64,000 nt of DNA from Hydrurus foetidus (Eukaryota): contig UYFQ01000311.1 in the NCBI GenBank assembly GCA_900617105.1, positions 1 to 64,000 of the forward strand, given 5' to 3'. Positions 34,873 to 48,343 of the stretch are shown in pieces; the stretch's first letter is position 1; each line of letters starts with the position of its first letter. The notes under the pieces were generated by a model that saw nothing but the letters and a program-made list of their open reading frames with translations, had not been told where the DNA came from and did no database searches. Made by a program: the position numbers and the translations under genes.

Positions 34873-37800
34873 ATGGTGTCTGTTTTCGAGGGTCAACTCA
34901 CGCGAACGTGGTCTTACACAAACAACGAGGAATTCTCAACGTCGACGTTTCCAGCAGATGAGAAGAAGAATAAAAGGAAGCATATCATCAACCTCTATCA
35001 TGATACGATAACAGGTAAGATGCGACGAAATCAATGTTGCTGAATTTTCACAAAGATGGAGACATCTCTATCATCATTACTTCAAAAGTCTTCTGTACTT
35101 CAATCATTTGAGGCGCGTCTCATACGACGTCGATATTTCTTAGTGATATTAAGACGCCGCTCGTGAATCGTTAAATTTTAGAAATAAGTGTGTAAGATAG
35201 AAAACTTCAGCTCTTTAATGGCCAAAAAGGGCTGTCTACTCTAAGCTCTTCTGTAGTAATACTTTTGCAGTCAAAAATATGCGCCTGACCACAGTCAGCT
35301 GTTTGCATCTGCTCTCAGAAAATGATAAAAGAATGTTCATCGTCAAATTCAGAGCAAACAATATCATATCATCACAACACTTGAATCTTTATCTTCCTAA
35401 TAAAGCCCTTCAACAAAATTACATTCCTAGGAGTGCGTAGTGCCATGTTGAACTTCGAAGAAATTCCCAACAGTCTCGGGAACTCTTCTTTACTCATGGA
35501 ATCTTCCGGGCACAAAATAAAATTCTCTGTAGAGAACATTCCAGGTATTCTGAGAACATTCCAAGGAACGATAAGATGAAAAGTGGTGTCGCTACATTTG
35601 TCTGTATTACACGGCTCATTTTGAATCTGATTACTACTACTTCTGAGTACATAGAAAAATATTTTTTGTCAATATTGTTTTTGAAAACTCGATTTCGCAC
35701 ACTTTTCGCAGCACTGCTTGTCGTTCGTGCACATTAATTCAATTCACCGTTACTGCACTCTGCTCATTCTATGCGGTGCCAAATATGAGTGAGAACGTTT
35801 AGTAAAAATATTCTGATGGTATGAAAAATAGTGAAGAAAGTAGTCCTGAGCATATCCCTTCCAGAGCGCAAAATTGTCGAGTCATTCGTTCGCATACAAC
35901 TCTTAAATTTCATACGGTGCATATCAATGTGCTGTAAACCTTGTAGATTCTACACACTAAGTACTTTTCTTATTTCCTATGCCTAATGCAAAGTATCTAA
36001 CTTACAGAACAGAATTCGATTGAATAAATTTTATAAACACGACAGGATATATCGAAATAAAAAGAACAGGATGGGCTTCTTTTGCCTACCACTGCTATAT
36101 AAATTGTCATTTAGTACAAGAGTCTACTGGTCATATCGAACATTACAGCAAAGAAATATTCAAAGTGACACTTGAAGGTTTGAATTTTATTTTCGGTGAA
36201 ATTATATGATAGATATCAATCACGATAAAGACAATATATGAAGAAGATATAAATTGAAATAAACAAGTATGTATGTCATGAATGAGACCGTACCTTACGG
36301 TATAAGTTCTGGGATCTGGTTTTTCCAATTTGTCAGATCTTTGCTTTTACGGAAGCCTATTTTCCCAGAACACGACTTCTGAAAAAGTGATGTAATGAGA
36401 AAGTTGAAAAATCAGATCCCAGAACTCATACCGTTAGGAAAGATTTTAACATCCACATTTCTTGATAAAAATGAAAATGTGGTTATTTGAGTTAGTGTTA
36501 TGTAATTAAGAAATGGCACGATTCAATGTGACAAGATAAGATATGATATTACATCATATAAGATGTGATTTAATCTTTTATCCTGACTCATTTATCAGTT
36601 TACTCTTTCTATTTACTTTTCCCTTTTTTCACATTTTTTATTTTTCATTTCACTTTTATTTTTCATCTTCTAGGGAGCACCACAACACCAGACAGAGCGG
36701 GTGAGAACATTGTGTGGTACGTGCTGAAGTGCGTACGTCTCGAAGATGGAGTGCAGAACACAGTGCACAGGTTATTTATTAACGTAGGGTTGTTGCTATT
36801 TGATTTTACAATTGATTTTGTTTTTATTGTGAAGTGTAAACAAACTATTGAGTTATCTTTGATTTTGTTTTGTTACTTTTGGTATAAGAAGTAACTCGTT
36901 ATCTTAGATCTAAATAATCAATCGATACTTTTATGACTTGTTAGTGTAGGCCGTATATAGCATCTGTTTTTTATCAAATTACAACACCACATCCACCTCT
37001 CTGGCACTTCGTCTGTCCACTTTGTAAAAAACAACACACGAGAAACAACTATTTTGAGCTTAAATTAAAATCTATGTAACTCTTTATTAATCACACAGGC
37101 GTTTCCGAGATTTTTCCGAATTAAATTCCCAAATAAAACAGAATTTCAAGGGACACCATTTACGCACGTCACTTCCTCATCTGCCGGAGAAAAAATCAAA
37201 ACTCACAACAGATCACAATAATAAATTGTTTTTGGATGATAGATATTCAAAATTAGAGGTTAGTGGATTAAATTGATTTACTTGTGTTAATGTGGTATGA
37301 TTTAATGCAAGATGAAATGGCACGATTCAATGTGACAAGATAAGATATAATATTACATCATATACTGAAGTGTCGCGATTTTGCCGAATTATCTGTTTGC
37401 ACAGTACGTACATTTTTACAATCGCATTTTTATCTTCTTTAAGACTAACAATACATTTCGTTGTAACATTACATTGCATGAAGTAACATGATAGGTTTCT
37501 TTCCAAGTGAATCTAAAGTGCGTTCTCCGGCAGATTCTTCACTCCACTTCTTTTTGCACTACGTTTTTATTTTATATATGTATTTGATTCAATCTATCCG
37601 GTATGTGTGCATACATAATGTTATAAAAGGATCTTTATAAATCCAAAAAAGTCATTTTAATCAACACAGCTACTTTACAATATGTCTTTTATCTTTTATT
37701 GTGTGTTATCTATCATGTAAGTGGTAGGTTTTTTTACTATGTATAAATCTCTTCGAATCTATACGATGTGTTTCGTGATTGTAATACTATTTAATGTATG

Positions 37801-40324
37801 TAACTCTACTTATTCTATACGGTATGTTAGGTATTTATTCGGAGCATGGTGGACGTCCCTCACGTTCCTTCCATGATTTGCATGAAAGCTTTTCTGGGCA
37901 TACTTGACAGGGTTAGTGAAAGTCACCATTATGATAGGCGAAAGAAAATCTTAATTTGCAGAACAGTGTTTTCATAATGATGTCATTGAATTGAAATTTG
38001 AGAAATCAGGACGAGGAACAGTGAGATACGTGATCATTTTATCAGTCGATACTGTACGTACGTACGTGCGTGCGTACTAGACTGTCGTTTTGGCGTGCAG
38101 TTGATAGATGTCGTGCATCGTGCATGACTGTTTGAAGTCGATGAATCAAAAGTTCTTTTCCTCTTCTCCCCGATCCACTGTAACAACTGCATTCCTCTTT
38201 TTGTCTCTCTATTCTTGTCTCTATTTTCCCGCATCATCTTTCTTTATTTATATTTGTTTAAATGTAGGTGAGGGAAATGAGTTTAAAATTTGACAGTCAG
38301 ATTCTCGGATTGACTTTAGTCCCGTTCGGTACTCCGCCTTTTCTACCCCCTACGACGAAGACCACTGAAAATACAACTGAAAACAGTACTGAAAACATAA
38401 ATCATAGTGATATTTCGTATAATACGAAAAATAATAATGAGAACAATAATACTGGAATGCAAAAAAATGAAAAGGGAAATGAAAATGAAATAGCAGCTAA
38501 TAAATCCGAGTCAGCATCTAAATTGCAACAAAGTATACGGGCTCCGGCCATCGTTTCGATCATTTCAAATGTGTTGATAGTCGGGTAAGTCCACAATTAC
38601 ATTTTCTCTACTTTCTGCTTCAATGATAATTTGATGCGATTTAAGACTTATTCTGCATATCTGTTTCAAATTTGGCTAAACCACGAATTCTTTTCTCTTT
38701 CTCTGTATGCATGTGTGTTTGAGAATTACTCTGAACTTTTGAAATCTCAATTTATGATCGGTGTAATTAATTTCGTGAACTTTTAGCGCTAAGAATGTTT
38801 CCACAATGTACTGTGTTCAAAATTGTGTTACCATCTTTGTTGCAGTGATTATAATTTATTAAGTGACTGACAACACGATAACGAAGATGTCACTTTTAGG
38901 TTTACTCATAGTGTTACTTTCTTACACGGCTCTGAGCACATATACACTGACAACACAAATATTTTGGTCTCTTTTTTATTTTTCTGTTTAAAATTGTATA
39001 CCGTAGGGAATTAAACGTGGGGGATGCTGTTAGCCGTATCAACGGTACGTCCGTCTCGGAACTTAATTTTAACGGATTAGTATCCAGAATACAGTATCTG
39101 CCACGGCCAATTATTATTCACTTCGTCCAACTAGTAAACGCAAAACAAGTTACACCAGAAAAAATGGAATCCAGCCAGATTATACCGGTTCTACTGGATT
39201 TCCCGCCAACTTTACCTGCTATGCCGCCGATGCCGGACTATCCTCCCCCGCCTCCTCCGGTTAATCTGAAGAGTGTCGAGTATAGTGAAGGAGATGCGAT
39301 GAATGACGTCAGTACTAGAGAAGAAGAAGTTGAGGAAAAACAAGAAATTCTTATTGGAGAAAAAATACAGGAGAAAAAAGAAGAAAAAATGAGAGGAAAA
39401 GATAGGGAAGAGTCTAAGGATGAAAACACCGATGAAAAAACAGCTAATATTAATGAATTAGCGTCTGATATGAGTGAAATTGAAGCAGAAAAGAAAGCGG
39501 AAAAATTGAAAAATGCTTTAAAAGGTGGTTATGTAGCGACAAGTATGACGCAAGCCAAATCCGTTATAAACGGAAATAATTTCACGGATATTACAGCAGA
39601 GAAAAATAACGAATTTGAAGAGGTTGAGATAAAAGGAGGAAAAAAAAGGAATGAAGAAAAAGGTGATGATGAGAGTTACGTACCAATTAAAAGTACTATC
39701 GTTGAGAGTATTGTAAAAGCACAAAAAGATGATGTTATTAAAAAAGTGTGTATTGAAAATGAAGCAGATTTAAAAAACGAAAATAAACCGATTAATTCTC
39801 TCACTACCGGAAAAGTCGAAAATGAAGTAAAATTTGAAAGTGATTCTGATGTCAAAAACAGTGAAACTATAGTGGATAATGTTCATAAGATTTCTACTGG
39901 AAATATTACTAACATCAAAACAAATGGAGATGAATTATTCAGCAAAGATGAAACATTGGAAGACATTTTGATATCAAGCAATGACAATGATGACAGCAAA
40001 AAAAAGAATTTATTTAGTATTTTTGATGATGAAGTTGACAAAATATTTGGAATTGAAAATATTAATATTGAAGATCATAATTCTCAGAATGTTAAGATGA
40101 ACGATTTTAATGATTTTGTTGAGAATAGTCCTATTAACTCGGAAAGTAACGAATTTGATCTAATATTCGGCCCTCTAACCGATAGTAAAAAAGATGTAAA
40201 AAACGAAATTACTAGTGATAAGATTGTTGACAAGAAAATGTGTGATTTGAATGAGGGGGAAAACGAAGATAATGAAAAAAGTGTTGCGCTTGATGTAGAC
40301 ATCATTTCTCACGAATCTGTTTAA
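34873..40324 (+). CDS. FAIM-like, PX and PDZ domain protein with acidic low-complexity tail, 8 exons
   Basis: Spliced segments: HIINLYHDTITGVRSAML..FAYHCYIN (FAIM-like); VWYVL..VHRRFRDFSELN..LPHLPEK..FLDDRYSKLEVFI (PX); LGLTL..LNVGDAVSRINGTSV..RPIIIHF (PDZ). Confidence 0.8.
36293..36438. mobile_element. Small MITE-like foldback in an intron
   Basis: Imperfect ~35-bp inverted ends ccttacggtataagttctgggatctg / cagatcccagaactcataccgttagg. Confidence 0.65.
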
Positions 40325-40692
40325 TGCAATACTCTACTGTACTGTACTATGCCGTGCTTTGCTGTGCTGAGTTGTGATATATTGTAGTGTTTTGTATTTT
40401 GGTAAGTATTGCATGTTCGTACAATACATTTGTCTCAAAATGATGTACCACTTCAAATTCAAAAAAGTGGAAAGTTAAATTTGTTGTAAATTAATTTGAA
40501 AACTATCACATCAAATTTTTGTTTTTCCCTTTTATTCGGTTACAAGGGGGAAAAAAGAAGTTTTTCTAAGATCTTTTTCTTTGCTGTGCTTTCAGATGCA
40601 TGAAAATGAAAAAAACCTATGTTCCGAGGTCGACTTTTGTTCGATTATCAATTTTGCCGTATTCTCTAGATAAGACAAAGATTGGATGTATT

Positions 40693-41286
40693 ACGACCGC
40701 AGAATAAAATGTCCGGTCCAATGCCCAAAATGAAAACAAAGGGGGTGCTCATATATTTTGGAAACGACAGGAAACCGCCAAATGGAGCTGGGATTTGAAA
40801 TCTTCTGTGTGGGGGGCGGGGAACATTCCTCATTTTTCATTTTTTTTTCCCCACACGGAAGGTGTCAAATCCCAGGCTCCATTTGATGGTTTCCTACCGT
40901 TTCCGAAACTTCTCCGGAATTCCGATTTCTTCTCTTTCGAGGTCAAATGGGTGTACCCCCCTTGCGTAAGTTCATAAAACCTCCGTTGGAGAGGACATTT
41001 ATTGGCTCATCATACACATCTGGGGCACAGTAGTATTGACGCGAAGCGCCAATACTACTTTTTCTTTCTGAGCTGTTTTAGCAAGCAATTCGAAAGTCAG
41101 AAGAATAGCTTACCACTTTGAGGGAAGCCTAAAATGGATCATCATCTAGTTCTGGGGATTTTTTAACATGGTGAAACCGTAAGGTCAAGCCGTACGTGCA
41201 TAAATGATGTAGTATGGTAAGGGCGTAAGGTCAAAAGTACTTATACCTTCGACATTAATATCACAGTATCATTATTCTGCGGTCGT
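40693..41286. mobile_element. Non-autonomous TIR element with internal foldback and hairpin
   Basis: 15-bp TIR ACGACCGCAGAATAA; internal ~55-bp inverted pair at ~40758-40909; hairpin at 41029-41059. Confidence 0.6.
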
Positions 41287-41538
41287 TATATGCTTCCATC
41301 AGTAAGTTGTGCTGAGGTGCTGTGACATGAAATTAGTCTTGCATTCTGTGGTCCCGACTTGACCCGACCCCTTTTCACTTTTTAGGCAGTACCCTCCGTC
41401 GATTTGGTTTGAGAATCACTTCAAGGAGCTTCAAACTTCAAACTGCTAATCAGCTAACTCGAACACTCGAACTGATTGTGGTAATTACGACGGCACACAG
41501 ATGATCAATGTCTGAGGAAAGGACAGAAGAATCTCGAT

Positions 41539-43008
41539 ATGGCGAGCGAAATTCTCGATACTGCCTCCCTTATTATTAATGTTGAGATCATTTTGAGACT
41601 GACAGTTGAGTGGCTCGATTTGAGAAGCCTCTTAAAGCTTGATTTGGCTCTACTGAATAACTTCGATAACAGAGCGCAGCGACAAAACGCACACGTGAAG
41701 TCAAGCTGGCTACAAGCCTGCTCAGCAGCAGTTCTCTATGATGCTGAGTACAGCAACGATTTGCTTCGCTGGTTGATAAGGAAAGGAGCAGTTACATCGA
41801 GAATACAAATCAAACAGTCGTCTAAGTTGTGTATAACAGACGCAACCTTCAACGGTGTGAACATTTCTTCATTGAAAACAATAGATTTGACGGATTGCTG
41901 CGATATTACAGACCATGGCATCTGTTTGATCGCATCGGGTTGTTCATCACTTCATAACGTCAATCTTTCTGGGTGTGCGAGAATCGGAGATAACTCTCTT
42001 GTCGGATTAGGAGAACATTGCAAAGTACTCTCTGACGTAAATATATCTCAGTGCATCAGAATAACAGACTTCGGCATGATTTCCCTCACACGTGGCTGCT
42101 CAAATTTAACAACGATAAATATTTCGGATTCTCCTATGTTGGGCTCCGACACGATGAATTCAATTGGAGAAAATTGCAGAGAATTGACATCTGTAATATT
42201 CAATCGCTGCCCACTAATCGAGGCATCATCCATCATCAAATTAATTTCAAAATGTCAGAATATCATAAATGTAACAGGCTTCCAATCACGAGGACTAAGT
42301 GATGAAGCGATAAATTCAATTTCGAGAAATTGTCCTCAACTAACTTCAATCAGTCTAACCGCTCATTATCTGGAGAATGAGGATTGCATGTGTGTATTAT
42401 CACAAAGATGCACAAAATTAAATATCGTAAATATAGTAGGGCATAAACACATGAGATCACCTTTAACGGACAGAACATTAATTACGATCAGTACTTACTG
42501 TCACTTACTAACAACAATAGATGTCAGTCACTGTGCTATGATAACTGATGTTGGTATAATCGCATTATCAAACAACTGTCCTACCCTTCTTTCCGTCAAT
42601 TTTACAGACTGTCGTCTAATATCGAATATTGGCATCATCGCTCTGTCAGTTAGTTGCACTGATTTGCAATCCATCAACATATTCGATTGTTACGGTATAA
42701 GCGACAACGCGCTTATTTCAATAGGAAAAAACTGTCTTAAATTGATTAATATTAATATCGCTAGAAACGATTTGGTCACACCTGTAGGTGTCTTATCGTT
42801 AGCACTAGGATGTCCTTTATTGCAAACGATCAATTTCATTGGGTGTTCAAAACTGGACGATGAAACGTTACTTTCCGTTGCGAAACATTGTAATGATGTA
42901 CGTACGATAAGTACATACGATTGTCACTTGATAACTTATCCTGGAATATTAGAAATGAAATCAATATTGCCGAATTGTAATGTAATAACAACTCTGAAAG
43001 TCAGGTAG
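41539..43008 (+). CDS. Intronless F-box/LRR-like protein (cysteine-containing LRRs, FBXL/AMN1-like)
   Basis: 489-aa ORF with repeated 26-aa LxxIDLxxCxxITDxGIxxLxxxCxx units and a degenerate N-terminal F-box-like segment. Confidence 0.88.
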   Translation: MASEILDTASLIINVEIILRLTVEWLDLRSLLKLDLALLNNFDNRAQRQNAHVKSSWLQACSAAVLYDAEYSNDLLRWLIRKGAVTSRIQIKQSSKLCITDATFNGVNISSLKTIDLTDCCDITDHGICLIASGCSSLHNVNLSGCARIGDNSLVGLGEHCKVLSDVNISQCIRITDFGMISLTRGCSNLTTINISDSPMLGSDTMNSIGENCRELTSVIFNRCPLIEASSIIKLISKCQNIINVTGFQSRGLSDEAINSISRNCPQLTSISLTAHYLENEDCMCVLSQRCTKLNIVNIVGHKHMRSPLTDRTLITISTYCHLLTTIDVSHCAMITDVGIIALSNNCPTLLSVNFTDCRLISNIGIIALSVSCTDLQSINIFDCYGISDNALISIGKNCLKLININIARNDLVTPVGVLSLALGCPLLQTINFIGCSKLDDETLLSVAKHCNDVRTISTYDCHLITYPGILEMKSILPNCNVITTLKVR

Positions 43009-43704
43009 ACTATTTTCGATGTCAGAAAAACATTCCCAAGATAGTTTAGGTTTATTCTAAAAGATATTTTAGGTTTATTCTAAAAGATATTTTAGGTGCG
43101 ATTAGTATTGGTAACACTCACCTTACAGAGCAGTCGGTAGCACGTACGAATTTAGTCGTACAGTTGTACGTACGGTCCACCACAGAAAGCGTTTCTATTT
43201 TATATTCCCTCTTGACTTTCAGTCCATACAATCTTTTCCTACCTGTTCATTGTTTGATCTGATTTCTTTCTTTTATTCTCTTTTCTAATAAGTGATAATG
43301 CCTGGTATCAGATTTGGCTGTCAATTTTTTTCTGCCGTATTTAAAACGGACCCCCTCAAACTGAGGGTTTTTGGTTTTTGAGTTTCGAGTAAAAGAAATG
43401 GCTGGCAAGTTTACAAAATTCAAAATTTTGGGTTTCGTATACTCGAGATCAGTATTATTATTACATAATCAAAATCTGTACTTACATAATGCACTTTTAC
43501 TAAATCTATCTTACTCAAATGTATTGACGAACTCTTTTCAATTTAATTTTTTCTTTTCTTCGATTTTTTTCACTCATGATATTTTGTACCATAATATTTT
43601 TAAAATTTTTAATCTTAATTTTTTTTATCAAAAAATCAAAAAATTAAACTCAAATATTTAAATCGACTTCAAAATCATCTCAACTTTTTTATGGTTCTGC
43701 TATT

Positions 43705-45907
43705 TTACCATTCCGCGATTTCACTTTGCGAGAAGCTAGAGATGTGTCGGTGCCATCTTGTGAGATTGGGGTAGCTCGACAGATCTTTATCTGATACGGT
43801 CACCAACGCCCTATAAGAAGAATGGAAAAAAGAGAAAATGTTTTATGTGAAGGACTTTAATAAGAAACATATTGGAAATATGGGAAATAAAAGTGTGCAG
43901 TACAATAAAAATTGACAGTCTACATGAACAAAGATTTCTAAACGTATCAAGATAGCTATGATACGTTTCGAGTCGGATTGCAATTTCAATAGAGTTTGAG
44001 GAACCAAATAGTGGTTTGAAAGTCGCAAGTGAAGTATAGTGCAGTACGGTGTGATGTCGTTAAGTGTCATGAATGACAATTGTGACGTGCCAAAAGTTCA
44101 AAATAATTCCGAAAAGTAACACTTAATCAACAATCGTAACATCATTCAAAGCGGAATATTTATCGACTCTATTAAGTGCGTACTTGATGTCGGCATCGGA
44201 AGGAACATAGCCGCTGACGTAGCTGTAAGAGGACAGATGAGCCTCGAGAGAAGCAATGTCTGGTAATTGAGGGAAATAGAGGGGAGAGAGGGGAGAAGAG
44301 ATGAGGGAGAAGGGAGAAGAGATGAGAGAAGAAGAGATGAGAGAAGAAGAGCGAAGAGAAGAGAGGGAAATGATAATAAGAAATGTTTTCATTGAAAGTG
44401 AGAGAAATAGAGGCGAAATGTCTGGTAGACGTTAATGAAATATCGTTGAGGGATAAAGAGAGGAGAGAGGAATGCAGTTCAGGAGGACAGGAATATAAGT
44501 TGATGTTGTGACATGACGAGGTAAACCGAAAGAATTAAAAATGGGAAAAACAGGCTAATTATAAACAAGAATTAGAGAGAGTCTTGATGGTCGTATGACC
44601 ACAAACAGAAAATAGAAGACAATGAGATTTAATTGTCCAAATTATTAATCTAATTTTACGTCAAAAAATAAAAAAATAGAGATCGTAGTAGAATTTGATG
44701 TTAAATCAATAAATTAGCTGCTCCTTCCTGTTACCTGTCAAATCGTTTTTGGGTGATTCTGAAGTAGGTGCGACTGTTGCGACAGCACTTGGTGCTCTAT
44801 AAATGAGAAATAAAGAAAAAGAAAATAGACGTCATGATAAGTATTTAAGTGTAGTGATTAATATGCCGTAACACATGCATATTTAGTGTTATAATTTACA
44901 ACAAAATAACACAATTGTTGTCATGTGTGTACATGTGTATGTGTTTGCATGCTTGTATGACAAAAATGAATTCATGCATTCCCGCTGATGTGATAAAAAA
45001 GGACTTGTGATCAAAGTAATTAATACAACAACAACAGTAACAGTAACAATAAAAATAGGAACACCAAGAATAAAAATTACAGTGCATAGGGCAATAATAC
45101 CTATACTCTAATACTATACCTGTCCACGGTTATTTTGGCCGAAGGTAGCCGGGCGGGAGCGGGTGTGGTGTATGCCGGGGCTTTGACAGGCACAGCAGGT
45201 GGTGAGGCCGATCCGTGAGGCTGAGGGGAGATGAAGGGAAATAGAGGGGTCGGAGGGTAAGAGAAGGATTAAGAAAGGGAAGAGGTAGAATGGAGATGGA
45301 GATAAGGGGGAAAGGGAGGGTGGATGGATTGAAAGGAGAGGAGGAGGAAGGAAGGAGAAGGAGGGAAGGAAGGAGGGAGGAAGGAAGGAAGGAAGGAGGA
45401 AGGAGGAGGGAGGGAAAAGGAGGAAGGAAGAAGGGAGGGAGGAGGGAGGAAGGAAGGGAGGAGGGAGGTTTGAAAGGAGGGAGGGAGGAAGGGAAGGAGA
45501 GGATGTGATAAGGTAGAGGAGGGAGGAATGGTACGAATGAGTGAGAGGAAGGTAGGCGGGAGCATAGTATGCAACACTTTCCGTTCGTAATCGTATACCA
45601 CGCCATTTTCTATACAATTCTCTTGTAAGATTGGACGCTAAGTACGACAAATAAGAAACACTTAATGCAAATCATATTCACTATTTACATACCGCGACAG
45701 TAACTGCCACTGGAGTAGTCGTTGTAGCCTTCTTGACAACAGCATCTTTTTTGTTTTCTTTTTCTTTCTTATCCTTTGCTGGTGCAGCGCCATACTCTTT
45801 CCCACTTTTTTCTTTATATTCGTTTTTACGCGCTACAAGTTTGTCAACCAAAACTTTAATGGCATCTTTGTCGCCCTAGATAAAGTGAATGAATAGACAG
45901 CTAAGAT

Positions 45908-45944
<37 letters not shown>

Positions 45945-48274
45945 TAATAATAATAATAATGATAATAATGATAATAATAATAATACGTGCCGTAAGAAAT
46001 GGCGACAGTAATGACGAAAAAGTCCAATTGAAAGTGCATACACCTCTGACCGACATTGGTCACATCTCAGAGAAAACCAAATACGAAAATCTTTCATAAT
46101 CGTTCGTTCGCAATGAATTACTTGTTAAAAGATTAAAAAATAAAATAAAATTCTTACCTTGGCGGCTTTCAAGACTCTGACCTCTTCTCCTAGAGAAATA
46201 ATGGCATTGACACATTCTTGCAATTCTACTGGTACAGGTTCCGCGACAACTGTCACTGGTACAGGCACAGGCACCGCTGTGACTGCAATTGGTGACAAAT
46301 TGATATAAGATAGATGTGACGAATATTACTGTTGATAATTTCAAGTGTTCGAAGCGTATGTGTGTGTTTTTCGACCTTTTTTCTAATCATGATTAAGATT
46401 TTGTGAGATCATTTTGAGACAATTTTATATGATGTTGTTTTTGACAACATGGATTCGAGGTACAGTGTGGATAAAAAGGAGTGATAATATTCCGCTGTGA
46501 GAGGTACTGGTGGAGATAAATCATATGCGACCATACCCGAGAGAATGGCAAGTAAGTGAGATTGACATAAAAAATGTCGGTTATGATTGAAAATGAAATA
46601 CTTTTCAACTTACATAAAATTACAAATTCATACGTGACATAACATGCCAAAATATAATAATGTAAAATAGTGATATAAAACGACAAAAATTTTCAACAAG
46701 CTCTATTTACAAAATGGACAAAACGATGAGGTTCACTGCAAGACACACCTGATGCTGTCTTGGCGCTTGCTGTCGATGCTCCTCCACCACCATCCTTTTT
46801 CTCACCCTTCTTTTCTTCTTTCTTCTCTCCCTTCTTCTCTTCCTTTTTCACATCTTTTTTTTCTTCTTTTTTTTCATCTTTATCACCCCCTTCTTTTTTC
46901 GCGGCCCCTGGACCGGCAGATTCCGTAGTTGGCAATTTTGAGTCGCGCACAAACGGGAGAAAAGTTAAACCACCCATATAGGGGATAAGTACGTCAGGTA
47001 CACGTACACCATCAACTTCCTAATATTCAAATTGAATAAAAGAAATAAAAAGAAAACGAGATTTCAAATAAAAGTTGAATTTATGATTCAAGAAATTGAA
47101 GTAAAAGTAGAAATAAAAATAATGAAAGAATGAAATATAAATAAAGTAAGTCATTAAAATAGAAATAATGGCAAAAGTGAGCACTAGGTAAAACCGTAAA
47201 TTTTCTTTCACACAACAATAACAATAAATCACAAAATATGAGTAAGTACGTACTAAACAATACAAATAAGAAATTTCCACCAGAACAACATCATCATGGA
47301 ACAGAAATGATCACAACATGGAAATGACGTACTTATAACAAAGATATATTGGTAAAACTCGTCACTATAATGAAGCAAAACATAATGACTCACTGCATAA
47401 TAATACCGGAACAAAATAATCCGTTAAATTTGGCCGGATTCTGCAATCACTTTCGGGAGACTACCCTCAAAGAGCATTACAATTCGTACCTGATAAGTCT
47501 CCAGTAAACAGCAGATCGCTCTGCCTGTCGCGCAAAGTGTGGCATTCAACATATGTACGTACTTCTTTTCTCTATCTCCCATTTTCTTCATACCACATCT
47601 ACGATTAACAAATGATAGATAAAAAAAGAATGATTTCTTTTGGATATGTTATAGAGAAAGTAGGAGAATGATGCGACATAACATATAATTTGGTGTGAAT
47701 GTATTTCCCTTTTAAGACGAAGAAAAGAACTCAATCCATCATGAGTGTGATGTAACAAAATTGAATCAAATGATATGAACGAAGATAATACCTTCCTTCA
47801 CGAATTCGAATAAGATTAATAAGAGATAAGAAATGAAATGAAATGAAATGAAATGAAAACAAAAAAGAAAAAGAAACAAAACAGTTGGAAAGAAAACAAA
47901 TCAAAATAAAACGAAATAAAATAAAACAAAAAGAAAATAATGTATTGGTAGAGTTTCGTACCTAATTTCCATAGCCCTTGACTGGTAGTCCGTGCAGTTA
48001 GAACAAGACACGAGCTCTCTGTAAGTACGTACGTGTTAGTGGGTGGAGTGTGTCGGTGTGTCAGTGTGTGGTTGTGTACGTGTGCGTGCAGTAAGTTCGT
48101 TCCTTAGTTAGGCTCTCAGTTAGCACGTCAGTTAGTTCCTCACTTAGTTAGTTAGTAAGTTAGTTAAGTTAGTTAGTTAGTGAGTGAATTAGTTAGTTGC
48201 TTAGTTAGTTAGTAAGTAAGTTAGTTAGTTAGTTACTTAGTTAGTGAGTGAATTAGTTAGTTGCTTAGTGAGTG

Positions 48275-48305
<31 letters not shown>

Positions 48306-48306
48306 C

Positions 48307-48343
<37 letters not shown>

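Noticed and set aside
45114..45650. Pro/Ser/Leu- or Gly/Arg/Glu-rich ORFs (also 50284-50655, 57248-57695, 60145-60616)
   Set aside because: Translations of intronic purine/pyrimidine tracts and minisatellites.
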